From: Caecitellus pseudoparvulus
Lineage: Eukaryota > Protista > Bigyra: Bicosoecida
DNA: 64,000 bases
Direction of reading: 5' to 3'
Assembly: GCA_965644315.1 (NCBI GenBank)
Contig: CBFFRQ010000051.1
Location: 1 to 64,000, forward strand
This document shows positions 10,901 through 23,136 of this stretch, piece by piece. How positions within the stretch are numbered: position 1 is the stretch's first letter; every line of letters begins with the position of its first letter. The notes beneath the pieces were generated by a model. The model was not told the DNA's origin and ran no database searches. It saw only the letters and a program-made list of their open reading frames with translations. A program made the position numbers and the translations under genes.

Positions 10901-13337
10901 TCTGCGAACAAAGCAGGCGCGTAGGCTGGCAGGGTGATGGAGCGCTCCAGGAGGAAAGACAGGGGGGAGGTCTTCTTCAGCATTCTGTCCGTCAGCTTGC
11001 GCTGCGCGACCAGCTCTGCGAACAGCTGCATGTCTGCCGCCAGGGCCACCTGCACGCCCTCTGCCACGTCACTGCCCTTGTGCACTCGCCCATTCAGCGT
11101 GATGCTGGGCACGGGCAGCCCACGTGCAGCAACATACGCTGCAATGCGGCGCAGGCGTTTCCGCAGGGCGCCATCGGCATCTTCCAGGGCCTGCAACGCT
11201 TCGCCCCGGAAGGAGTCGGACAGCCACGAGTCAGTGAAGGTCTTCATGCTGGAGGCGTAGGCTGTGATGACGTCTTCCAGCGACAACTGCACGGCTGCCT
11301 GCGGGGTGTCGCTTTGCGCCAGCATGGCTGCGCGGTTGGCCGCCTGGCTCGCTTCCATCCACACCTGAGCCAGCTGCTGCAGGAACGCCACCCCTGCAGA
11401 GGTGCCATGGTGCTCCACTGCCGCGGCAAAGACGAGGGCAGTCTGCAGTGCCGTGGCGGGGCGCTGTCTGGAGCTGGGTTTCGGCAGCGCCTCCACTGAC
11501 CGCTTGCTGTTGGGGTCCACGTGCGCGTACCCGAGGGAGCCTGGCGTGATGACTGGGACGACGCCCATGCGAATGGGCTGCCCAGCTTGCACAAAGTAGG
11601 AAGCAGTGGCCAGTGCCTGCAAGCTGGCTGGCTTGGACAGGTCCAGCACCAGCAGCGCTGTGTACAGGTTGCGCCGCACCGGCGGCATGCCCCGCATGGA
11701 CCGTTGCCGCAGCAGGGACACACTGCGCTTCCAGCTCTTGAACTGGGCGTCACGCTCGATGTTGTTCAGCCAGAACACGGCACTGCGCGCTCCCCGGCGC
11801 ACGTCCACTCGCAGCACATCGGCGCCGGGCTCAGGGGCATCGCCCGCCTCGGGCCCCCCCCCCTCCTCCGCCCCACCCAGAGCACGCAAGGCAGTCACCG
11901 CCGTGCCTGGGAGGGGCAGCTGCGCCATGCCGGACAGGACAGCCGCCTCCTCCTGCCACGTGGACAGGAGCTGGAAGAAGTTGAAGGCGGGGGAGGTCGC
12001 ATCCACCAGCCGCCCGTTGACGAGCACGAGGTCTTGTCCGCCCGTGAAGCGGCGGTTCCACCGCGACTCGTACCCGACACGGGGGTGTGGCGTCACGGCA
12101 CGCAGGGTGTGGGCCACGGCGGGGAAGTTCCCTGTCAGGCGCTGCAGGGCCAGCAGGGGGTCGGTGTCCACCTGCCCCAGCTGCCCGGGCTCCCCCGCCG
12201 CACCCGCCTGCCCCACAGCGTGCAGGTACGTGGTGGCTGCGGCACCCACCTGCCCCCAGGCCTGGAGCAGCAGTGCATCCTTGTCTGGGTGGTCTGGCTC
12301 AGGGAGGGGCGGCGGCGGGGACAGTGACCCGCCCAGTGCCTGTTCCACGTGGAAGCCGTCACCCTCCCACTCCTGCAGCACACCTTGCCCATTCTGCAGC
12401 TCCTCGGCCACATGGTCGGCGTCTCGGTCGTCCACTGCCTTGTACTCCATGCGCTTGACATCCAGACCCACGCCGTACCCTGACAGGCGGGTGGTGGGCC
12501 ACACCTGCCCAGCGCTGGGCTGCACGTGTCGGAAAGCCACCACCAACCGCACCACGGCAGACTGCAGCAGGGTGCCCACCACACCATGCCACTGCGCGAA
12601 GGAGGGCGTCCCCAGCACACCGTACAGCGTCACATTCACACCCACCTCTGCGCCTGAGCTGCCGCCGTCACGAGGGTGGTCCAGCGGCAGTAACTGCCCT
12701 GCAGAGGCAGGCACGGGCGCTGCCGCCGTCCATACGCCAGAGTCAGTGGGCAGGAACACAGCCCCTTCCACCAGTTCCTTCAGCTGCTCCGGCGAGCAGG
12801 CCACCGCGGCGCGGGCAGGTTCGGAGCCTGGCGCGGCGCGGACGACAGCCCAAGTCCGGGCCGCGTCGCGGCGCGCCTCGCACAAGCGCTGCACGGGCAG
12901 GGACAGCTGCCGCGTGGCTTCCACGGCAGCAGTGTAGCTGCGCGTCTCCACGGCCAGCTGCATGACCTTCCGGGAGAGGGGCTTGAGCAAGTCAGCCGTT
13001 GTCGTCTTGACGGCCTGCAGCGCAGCCTGCCACGTCACGTTCGAGGGCGGCAGGGCCACGCTGGCTGCCACTTCGTCCAAGAAGGCAAAGTACAGGGACG
13101 GGTTCTCATCGAACAAGTACTCACTGCGGGGCAGGCGCGCCGCGCCGTGCTGCAGCGCGGCATCCTTCTGCGGACGGGGCAGGCCACTCACCTCGCCTCC
13201 TGCAGGGGGAAGTACGGGCTGCTGGGCCAGGGCGCGAGAAGCGTGCCTTCCACAGCGAGGTCCACGTCTGTGGGATGCGCTGTTGCGCCCCAGAGGGCAG
13301 CGAGCAGCCCCCACAGCACTAGGGCGGCGCGAAACAT
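7978..13337 (-). CDS. UGGT: UDP-glucose:glycoprotein glucosyltransferase
   Basis: Signal peptide MFRAALVLWGLLAALWGATA at 13337 and one short 5' intron. Motifs [45 protein letters not shown], and the GT24 domain (IHVFSLASGHLYERF, QRIIWGYKILFLDVLFP, VDADQ, LSNLDQDLPN, WLWCESWC, IDLCNNP). Confidence 0.97.
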
Positions 13338-13582
13338 TGCACGCAGTTGTCGTGGTGCGGGGCGGTTCAATTTCCGCTGCCACTTGGCCCCGCCAAAGCC
13401 CGAGTGTGAGCTTGGAGAGCAACGGGCAGTCCGAGACAAGGACACAATGGGCATTTTAACTCAATTGCTGCATTGTTACACGCCGTTTCCTGTGTGCCTT
13501 GGCTTGGAGGGAGGCCCGCGATCGTTGCCCCCCACCACCCCCCACAAAAACCACAAACCACCCATCTGAGAGCTCCTCAGAG

Positions 13583-16500
13583 TCACACATCGGTCATGGC
13601 CAGGAGCGGCCGCGTGGACTGCTTGCCGGACAGGGCGCCACCTGCTGCCAGCAGCGCCAGCTGCACCATGCCGCCCGTGCTGGCGGCTGCCGCATGCAGC
13701 TTGCTCGCCGCGCGACGTGCCTTGTTCACCTTGTGCATGTACCCGAACACGGGCTTGGGCCGGACGAAGTGGAAGGCGTTCGCAGCCAGGCACTGCCGCA
13801 GTTCCCGGGCGATGCTGTCGTACACGGCTTGCGTCTCGGGGTCCAGCTGTGGACGGGGGTGCGTGTCCAGGGCGGCGGCATCCCCCTCCTCCACCGCCGC
13901 GGCGTTCTTGGTCATCGCACGCCGCACGTCAAACAGCGACAGAAGGTACTCCAACTGGGTGTGCAGGGTGGCGGCGGGGTACTCGAAGTGCAGTTGCCCC
14001 TTGCACCGGGCTCGGGGACACGCCGCCCCAGACCGCCCAGCCCCCACCGCTCGTGTGCGCAGGCCACACATGGAGTCATCGCACTGCAGCCAGTGCTTGC
14101 CCTCTGCCATGATGGCCCGGCGAGCGGCCAGCACTGCTGCGTTCGTCAGCCCTGCACGCATGAGATCCTTCTCCACAACGGTGGGCGGCGTACCGGGCGG
14201 CGCCGCAGCCACTGCGCGTAGGGATGGCAGCAGGCTGGGCACGTGCACGTACAGGCGCAGGGCCGCGACGTCTTCCGCCGTGCCGCCCACACGCTTCACC
14301 TCTGCGGCACGGGCAGTCCACACCGCCACGGCCTGCTCTGGCGCGGCCGTCATTACGCCGCCGCAGGCTGCCTCCACACAGTGCACGCCAGCGACGCCCT
14401 CCAGCCCCGTGCCTGCCTGGCTGATGCTGGCGGGGTGCACGACACCCACGAACGGCCCCAGCACGCCACACCGCGTGCACATGGCCAGGAGGGGCTGGGC
14501 GTCTTTGAACCGCTCGGCGTCGTCCATGACGTACTTGGGGGTGAACCCTTCGTCGTCCCTGCTGGAGCCGTAACGCACAGAGGAGGCGAAACGGCTGGCG
14601 TCAATGCCCATGGCCTCGGCCAGGCGGGCCGCCGCCAGGCCATCGATGGGGTCACACAGGCGGGCGATGGGCGGCAGGATCTGGTTCGCCAGGTACCACT
14701 CGACGTCCACGGTGAGTGCGCCAGCAGACCGCGCCACCTCTGTCGGGTGCCGGGCGCGGTCAGACACGCTCTGCTTGCTAGAGCGCGAAGCGGTAGCGGG
14801 AGCAGCCTCCCCCTCGGCCGTCGCGCCGGCAGCGGTGGGCTTGGTGATGACGTACGGCACGTGGTCGCCGACGTTCACCGTCTTGCCTGCTGCCATCATG
14901 CGCAGGGCAACCTGCAGGTGGGGCTGCGACTTGGCGTCGGGGTAGTCGTGGGGGCTCTTGTTCAGGCCCTTGGTGATGACCCACCTGCCCGTGGCGATCT
15001 CGCCACCGCGTGCCCGCGTGGCCAGGTCCCCCAGCAGCTCCAGGATGTCGTCTGCCACCTTCTCCTTGTCGGCGGCGCGGTCCAGGATTTTGTCCAGCAC
15101 TTGCTTCCCCACCTCCTTGGACAGCACACACCAGTCACGGCGCACGAGGTCCAGCCCCTTCATCTCCTTGTCGTACTTGAGCGTGCCGTCGGGCCCCTCC
15201 TCCACCGTCAGCGCGGCGTACTTCTTCTTCTTCAGCAGCAGCATCATGGCGTACACGCCGTCGATCTCGATTTCCAGCTTCTTGTACAGCTTGTTCACCT
15301 CGCGCTTGACGCGGCCGCCCATGGCCCGCACCTCAGCCAGGTCGGTGCTGTTGGTGTAGATCATGATGGAGTCCGTGTCGCCGTAGATGACGTCCAGGCC
15401 CAGCTCCCGCTCGGCCAGGTCCACCGTGTTCTGCAGAATCTCACGGCCCTGGTGCGTGATGAGCGCCGCCAGGGGCTGGGCGTAGAACCGCGAGTGCTTG
15501 AAGCCCAGGCAGCCGTACATGGAGTTGGCCAGGATCTTCAGGGCCAGCTGGCGAATGTCCAGCTGTGCCTTGATGCCGGCGTTGCGCTCCGACTTCATCT
15601 GGTTCTTCACGGCGCGGCGGCGCTGCACCAGTGTGCGGATAACACGGGGCAGGATGCCGTCTGGGGCAGTGGGCTCGGGGAGCGGCGCCAGGGCAGCCCC
15701 GCCACCCTCCTCCTCGTCGCCGTCCTCCACGTCAGCGTCCCCCAGGCGACGGTCCACCGTGGTGAAGCAGATGTTGTACTCTTGGATGATGGACGGGTAC
15801 AGCGAGTTGAAGTCCAACATGAGGACGAACTTGTCGTACAGGCCCTTCTTGGGCTCCAGCACGAGGCCTCCGGAGTACTTGGGCTTGCCGCGCTTCTTCG
15901 CATTCCGGGCGGCGACGCCAGTGGCGCCCCCAGTCTCCCCCACCGAGCCCTTGGCCCACGGGTTCTCCTTGTCCGGCTTGATGAACTTCAGCCGGTGGAA
16001 TTCGTGCAGCAGCAGGTACTCGATGCGCTCAGCACGGGCCCCCTTCAGGCTGCGACTCCACAGGTTGCCGGACAGGTTCGTCAGCTGCTTGGTGAGGGGC
16101 AGGATCTGCAGCTTAAACATGAGCTGCAGGGCAAGCCAGGCGTCGTTCTGGGTGTGCCGTGCCAGCCAGATGACGTCCTTGGACTCGGCCGCAAAGTACT
16201 TGGGCACATCCAGGGGGTCCACATCCACCCGCTGCTGGCCCAGACGGGTCTTGGCCAGCGCCGTCAGCGCGTACGTCGTCTCCCGCACCAGCTCTCGCGC
16301 TGTCAAGTACGTGTCCACCAGCAGCCTGCCCGCTGTCAAGTTGCCCACGAACTTCTCCTTGCCCCCCGACCCAGTGGAGGGCTTGGGCATGATGCCCAGG
16401 CGCAGGCGCCCCAGCATGGACCAGTTGGGCACCTTGTTGGCGCCCATGCGGTGCAAGAGGACGTCCAGGTCGAAGCCGTTGATGTTGTGCCCCACCAGGG

Positions 16501-18666
16501 CGTCTGGGTCCAGCTTCGCGATGCGTGCCATGAGGAAGGACAGCAGTGCGCGCTCGTTGGGCACGACACGCAGGCTGTCCTTGACGTGCTGGGGCTCCGC
16601 CGCCAGGGCGTCCTTGAAGCCCAGTGGCAGCGCCTGCTTGGCGCTGGGCGCGCGCAGGACGGTGAAGTGGGCGACAGAGGAGGGCTTGCTGTCCGTGGCC
16701 CCGTCAATGGACACATCCTGGTGCAGGACCACGGACGCCATGACCACTTCGTGCATGTGGGAGGTGGGGGACACCACAGTCTTTAAGGACAGGGACGCGA
16801 CGGTGAGGGGCGGGCTGGGCGGCTCTGGTGCCGTGGCGGCGGCCGGCAGACCCTCCACTGACGCAGCGGCAGTGAGGGCTTTGTCCAGGCGCACAATGTC
16901 CTTGGGGTTGCCCACCTCCACCTCGAACTTGCACCAAGACACGCTGGAGGAGCGGATGGTGACGTTGCGCAGCTCCAGCCAGCAGGGCCCCATCAGGTCG
17001 CGCTTGAGCAGGAAGTTCTCCAGGCTGCTCGTGTTGGTGCCAAACACGCGGCTGAAGGTGTTCCCGGACAGGTCTGAGGGCAGTGCAGGGTACTGGGCAG
17101 GGTACTTGATCTTCATGTACTCTTGCACGTCCCGTGGCACGTCGGGCAGCTCAAAGGCGTAGTTGCGGGACACCTTCTTCACGCGGAACATGCCCGCGTC
17201 GCCAGGCGGCAGCAGGCGCTGCACGTGCTGCTTCACCTCCCCGTACACTTCTGTGAAGGACACAGGCCCGCCATCGTCCCGTGCGTTGGTGCGGGGCAGC
17301 ACGAACATGCACCGCTCCAGCCCCGTCACCTTCACGCAGATGCTGGCGTACGCCGCACTGCGCTCGGGGCGGCCTGCCTCCATGAGCACCTTGCCGAATA
17401 GGTACAGCACGCCGGGGTCCCGGCGACTGTTCTCGTAGGCGTCCAGCCAGAACACGCGCAGGCAGACCACCTTCTGGGAAGCCTCCTTGCCTGGCACGTG
17501 GTACAGTGGCAGGTCGCTGTCTGCTTCGGGCGTGGCAGGCCCAGTGGCCCCCGCCGCGGCCGAGCTGGCCTGCATGGCGAACCACTCCCCTTCCTCAGAC
17601 CGGGACATGTCCACGCCCTCAGCAGCGGCGCCACGCGCGGCAGCTGCAGCCGCCTGCAGTGCCTCCGCCTTGCGCCGTGCCCGGGCCTTGGAGGGGGCCT
17701 CCTTGCTCTGTGCCTGGGCCGCCAGCGCGGCAGACAGGCGGTCGCGGGAGGAAGGGGCCGCCTGGCCGCCTTGCGTCGTTGTGCCTGGGCCGCTGCCGGC
17801 AGCGTCCGCCCCGGCAGTGGAGGAGGTCGCCCCCTCCCCCGCTGGGCTTGCGAAGTGCACGCCCCGGCTAGCTGCACCACTTGTCTCGGCGTGCTTGCGG
17901 GACGCGGGGCGAGATGTGCGGCGGGCGCGCTTGAAGGCGGCCGTGATGGTGCCGTCCAGCCCCAAGGCGTCGTCTGCGCCGCCCCCTGTCAGCAGGTCAT
18001 CGATGTCTGCGTCGGCTGTCAGCGCCTGCATGGCGCTGGTGGCACGCGCCTTCTTCACGGCGTCCAGGGAAGAGCTCCCTGACTTCTTGAACATGCTGCT
18101 CAGCACCCCCTTCTTGCCAGCGAGGCTTGCCAGCTGTCGGCGTCGCTTCTGCCCGCCTGTGTGCAGCGAGAATGGGGGCACGGTGCCGCGGTGGCGTTTC
18201 AAATGCCCCTGCGCACGCGAAACGACACGCCCATCACTCACCCAGTGGGCCGTCTTCCTCCGCCTCCTCGGCACCCTCTGCCTCGTCTTCATCGTAAGAG
18301 TCAGCGTCATACTCTTCTCCGTCGTCCACGTACCCGAGCCCATCTGCAGGCGCGGCGGAGCGGAGCATGTGGGAGGGGCTAGCAGCGTGCACTGCACCAA
18401 CGGCGTGACACGCACTGTCGTCCACAACGAAATCTTGCATGGCACGCCGGTCCTGCACCTTCTGCTGATACTCCTCCTCGTCCACGTAGTCGAACAGCTC
18501 TTCCTCGTCGAACTGGAGAGGGAGGCGTGCGCCGTGTGAGGCAGCGAGGTTTGTCTGCCGCTGCAGGCAGCCTCACCTTCAGCTGGGAGCTGCGCTTCAC
18601 GCCGCCCTTCTTGGCCTCGGCCAGCTCCCGAATGGCCTGCATGGCCTTTTTCTTGCTAGAACTCAT
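13583..18666 (-). CDS. POLA1: DNA polymerase alpha catalytic subunit
   Basis: N-terminal MSSSKKKAMQAIRELAEAKKG, then DFVVDD..GLGYVDDG across short introns. Family B motifs LDFNSLYPSIIQEYNICFTT, QLALKILANSMYGCLG, VIYGDTDS, KKKYAA, KGLDLVRRDWC, and C-terminal Cys clusters (CTRC...C; CDDSMC...CPRARC). Confidence 0.97.
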
Positions 18667-18781
18667 GGCTGTGCTTGACTCGATTCCGCTTGGCAGCCCA
18701 CACTTGCCGCTGCAGGTAGCGAAAGCGGCCGGCCAGGCGCTGGTGCCGCCTCCGTTTGAAAGCTCCTGCCGCGCTGGGACA

Positions 18782-18790
18782 CCCGCCAAA
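18782..18790 (-). promoter_or_regulatory. Candidate E2F-type site (TTTGGCGGG) upstream of POLA1
   Basis: cccgccaaa on + reads TTTGGCGGG on -, about 115 nt upstream of the POLA1 ATG, and matches the TTTSSCGS consensus. A motif this short could occur by chance. Confidence 0.35.
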
Positions 18791-19124
18791 CTTGGGCAGC
18801 CGCGAGGAACGGTGGGACGCGGTTTGAGTATTGCACGACTCACACGTGCCGTGCGAGTGCCTTGATTTTGACGCAAGACCCAGGAAGTGCTGCAGTGCCT
18901 CGGAGGGCTCGTTGGGGCAGCAGCTGGCAAATCCCGCAGGCAGCTCCGCCCCTGTCGCAACATCCAATCCCACCAGCACATTTCCTCTTCTCTTCAAAGA
19001 TGACATGATTGGTTTACCCCGCCCTACAGCTGAGATTCTCTGCAGCTCCTGACGTAGACGCGTGTGACGTGGGCCGCCCTGCGCGGAATTCGACTCAGCT
19101 CCGCCCAGAACCTCATCGCCAGCA

Positions 19125-20304
19125 ATGGCAGCAGCCGAGGACTGTGAGGAACCACGGTGCTTGTCCATCCAGTCACACGTTGTGGCGGGGTATGTGGGCA
19201 ACAAGAGCGCTACCTTCCCCCTGCAACTGCTGGGCGTCGACGTGTGCCCCGTGAACTCCGTGCAGTTCAGCAACCACACTGGGTACAGGCAGGGCATCAA
19301 GGGGCAAGTCCTCAATGGCGAGCAGCTGCTGGACCTCCTAGAGGGCCTGCGCGCCAACTCCCTCCTGCACTTCTCCCACGTCCTGACCGGCTACATCGGC
19401 TCCGATTCCTTCCTGTCTGCCGTGCTGCAAGTGCTCAGCACGGTGCGGGAGGTTGCCCCCGACGCACAATACGTGTGCGACCCAGTGCTGGGCGACCACG
19501 GCAAGCTGTACGTCCCGGAAAGCCTGGTGAAGGTGTACCGGGAGCAGGTGTTGCCAGTGGCCACCACCCTCACCCCCAACCAATTCGAGGCAGAGCTCCT
19601 GTCTGGCGTGGAGGTGGTGGACGTGCCTTCCCTGCTGGAAGCCTGTGGCGCCCTGCACAGTGCAGGCGTGCACCGTGTCATCGTCACCAGCACGGACCTG
19701 GACGCGGCCAGCTTCCCCCCTGACACCATCCCGACCTCCCTGGGCCCTTGCATGGTGGCAGTGGTGAGCTGTCCTTGGGCTGACGTGGCGGACAGTGCCC
19801 TGACGTGGAGTGACGCCACCACTCCACACGCAGCGTGCGTAGCGACACACTGCACACTGCCCCCCACGTGCGCTCGGCGGCCCCACGGAGCCTGCATGCC
19901 ACCCCACTCTGCCTCCCACAGGTTTGGCATCTGCATCCCCCGCATGGAAGGCAGCTTCACAGGCACAGGCGACCTGACAGCAGCACTGCTCCTGGCCCAC
20001 ATGCACAGCCACAAGACGGACATGGTGCATGTGGCCCTGCAAGCCATCCAGACCGTGCACGTGCGTGGGGTTTACGTCAACGCAGCGTCGCAAGGCACCC
20101 TGGACACTTGCACCCCCGCTCGCCCCTGCACAGGCCGTGTGTCGGCGCACAAAGGAGCTGGGTAGCAGCCAAGGAGCCAAAGCGGACACGCCCCTGCCCG
20201 AGCTGCAGCTCATAAAGTGCCGACACATGATCTTGGAGCCACCTCCCAACCCTGGCATCTTCGCCTTCCCCATACAGACCGCAGCCGGCCGTGCTGACGC
20301 GTAG
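19125..20304 (+). CDS. PDXK: Pyridoxal kinase
   Basis: LSIQSHVVAGYVGNKSATFPLQLLG, VQFSNHTGY, VLTGYIG, YVCDPVLGD, TPNQFEAELL, FTGTGDL, and the last exon ELQLIKCR. Two short 3' introns. Confidence 0.95.
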
Positions 20305-20576
20305 GACAGAGCAGGGCAAGGGAAGTACCTGTATGAGCAAGGCAGAGAAGCCAGCTGCCTCTGCAGCTGTGTGTTCCGTGTGCGACAAGGCGTGAAGAGG
20401 GTTGCTATTTGTGACTTTGGCCAAGCTGCAGCGCAGCGGCCTGGGGCAGAGGAGCAAAGCAGCCAACCTCGGATGATCCACCGAAGCTGTGCGGATGAAT
20501 GGCGGCTCTGGTGTATTTTCTCGGCATTCTTTCGCCTGCAGCCTCCACAGCTTGCATGGAGCTTGAGGCGTGTCGT

Positions 20577-21302
20577 GCGGTAATTGACACGCCGCAGGAT
20601 GTGTGGCAGGCTAGATTTCCGAGCGCTGGCAGCAAGGTGGAGAGCTGCCTACACAGCTGAAAATGCTGCGAGAGGGTGGCATTGAGCGTGTAGTAGGGTG
20701 GGGTTTGTGCCAGGCTTCTGGATGGACTGAGCAAGGGCGAGCGCACAGCAGGCTTCACGCCAGCGTGTGTTGCTGAGTACGTCGAACTTCAATGACTGCC
20801 CTTGGCTAGGTGTGGCGAGAGGGGCTTGGATGTGCATGTCAGTGATAGGTTGGGCCCACGTGCAGCGTTTCGTCTGGCGGGCCGCAAAGTCCACGCGGAA
20901 CAGGTGCGGGAACTTGTGTCCTGGCCGAAGCACACCATTTCAGGAGATGTGCAGGCTGAACGTGCCAAGGACCCCGACACCCTTTCGCAAGGGATATGTG
21001 CCAGTGGCCATGGTGATGTGGTGCGCGAGCTGTTGGCGCTGGCCGGGCATCAAGCGGTGGACGTGCACGCCGAAGATCGGGGTGCGCCTGAATGCGGGTT
21101 TAGTCTTGCCTGCCGCGACAGTCGTTGGACTGTTGTTCGTGAGTTGTTCGACCTCACTGGGCATCGAGCCGTTCTGCTTCAGGTCCGGCTTGAGGCTGGA
21201 GAGGTGGCTGTGCAGCCAGCCAAGGATGCGGTGTGGTCCGGCACCAGCACTCGACGAGGACGAAAGGCTATGATGCTACTGCGGGCATGCCAGGGAGGGT
21301 GA
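20577..21302 (+). pseudogene. Decayed ankyrin-like repeat gene (family copy F1)
   Basis: Retains the upstream GCGGTAATTG motif, degenerate repeats (VVRELLALAGHQAVDVHAEDRGAPECGF) and an intact C-cap (EVAVQPAKDAVWSGTSTRRGRKAMMLLR). The 5' part has no ATG-led frame and contains stops. Confidence 0.75.
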
Positions 21303-21733
21303 CCAACCCAGGCCTCCCCAGCCTCCTCGCATCTCTTCCACATCCCAGCTACTGCGCTTGCCCAACTTCCCCCTGCCTGCGCAGAGTGGGGGCAGACCAC
21401 TCACGCACACTGCCTGCTGCACAGTAATGGTGCCGTGCAAGAACCAGGCGTGAAATGCATCGGGATGGCGTGTGCTGGAAGACTGTGTGGGAGGACTTGA
21501 AGCGTGGGACTGGGCGAGCCAAAGCAGAGCACTCCTGATTGAGGCAGGGTCGCCACAGGCAATAGACACACTGACAACAACCCAATTCAAATCATACTAC
21601 TCTTAGATTTGTACTTCATGCACAACAATCACGCTTGGTCATCACCTGGACCCTCCATTTTGGGTTGTCGTGTTGTGGAGCGTATGCGGTAATTGACGCA
21701 GGCAGGCAAGGCAGAAAGGCATAGCTGCCCGGC

Positions 21734-22810
21734 ATGGAAGCAGGGAGCGAGGCAGAGCGGTGTGTGGCTCTGTGGCGGGGCGCATGTCGGAATGGTGACG
21801 CCAGTGCGCTGACCCGGATGCTGGGCGTGGGTGGGGCGCCAGGGGGTGATTTGAGTGGGCTGTCGCAGGATGAGACAACTGACGCTCTTCTGGTGGCGTG
21901 CAAGGCGGGTCATGTGGGTCTGTTGCGTGGGTTGCTGGAGTTGACGGGCGATCGTGCAGTGGACGTGCACGTCAGGGATGACATGGGGCCTGAGGCTGGC
22001 TTCCGCCTTGCCTGTGAGAATGGGCACATTGGCGTGGTTCGTGAGTTGCTGGCGTTGACAGGTGATCGAGCCGTGGATGTGCATGCAGGGCGCGAGTACA
22101 TCTTCATTCGTGCTTGTGAATGTGGCCATGTAAATGTCGTGCGCGAGCTGCTGTCAATGACTGGGGATCGTGAGGTCGACGTACATGTTGATGATCGAGA
22201 TGGGCCTGGGGGGGCTTTTTGGTATGCCTGTAAGTTTGGCCATCTGGATGTAGTGCGTGAGTTGCTGGCTTTGAGCGGGCATCGTGAAGTGGATGTCCAT
22301 GCAGGATTCGAGGGCAGCCCTGAAGCAGCCTTCTGGGGTGCCTGTCAAAATGGGCACCTTGGTGTAGTGCGCGAATTGCTGGCTTTGAGCGAGGAACGAA
22401 CTGTGGATGTTCATGCAGGGTTTGATGGCACTCCCGAGGCGGGATTCCGGGGTGCTTGTGCAAATGGGCACCTTGATGTGGTGCGCGAGCTGTTGTCACT
22501 CACAGGGCATCGTGAGGTGGATGTGCACGCGGGCCCTGAGGGCTAGGCCTGAGGCTGGCTTCCAAGACTTGCTTGTGAGTTTGGGCACTGTGAGATGTGG
22601 TGCGTGAGCTGCTGGCGCTGACGGGTGAGCGTGCAGTGGATGTCCACGCCGGTGATGGAGATGGGCCTGAAGCTGGCTTTCGAGGCGCCTGTGAGCATGG
22701 GCACATTGATGTGGTGCGGGAGCTGCTGGCTTTGAGCGGGCATCGTGAAGTCGATGTACATGTTGGACTTGATGGCATTCCTGAGCATGGATTCTGGCTT
22801 GCATGTGCAG
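21734..22810 (+). pseudogene. Ankyrin-like repeat gene copy F2, frameshifted and lacking the C-cap
   Basis: N-cap plus 6 intact repeats to the TAG at 22544-22546, indels at about 22540-22600, two more repeats in another frame, then an abrupt jump at about 22810 into the family's spacer sequence. Confidence 0.75.
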
Positions 22811-23136
22811 CCTGCTGTACAGTGACGGTGCCATGTAAGAACCAGGCGTGAAATGCATCGGGGTGGCGTGTGCTGGAAGACTGTGTGGGAGGACTTGAAG
22901 CGAGAGAGGTTGGGCAAGCCACAGCAAAGCACCCCAGGTTGAGGCGGTGTGGCCACAAACACCAGACACTCGAACCTCTGGCCAAATCCAGACATACTAG
23001 TATTCAAACCATGCTTCATGGACTGCAGGCACGCTTGGACACCACGTGGACCCTTCATTCTGCGCTGTTGCGAAGGGGGCTGAGTGCGGTAATTGCTACA
23101 GTCCAGACCAGGCACACCGTGGCATAGCTGCCCGGC

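Noticed and set aside
14243-17162. Long + strand ORFs (847 aa, 554 aa) antisense to POLA1, and similar shadow ORFs opposite UGGT, the CSDE1-like gene, ABCA and CDK
   Set aside because: These are expected artefacts of high GC3 codon bias on the coding strand and carry no protein motifs.
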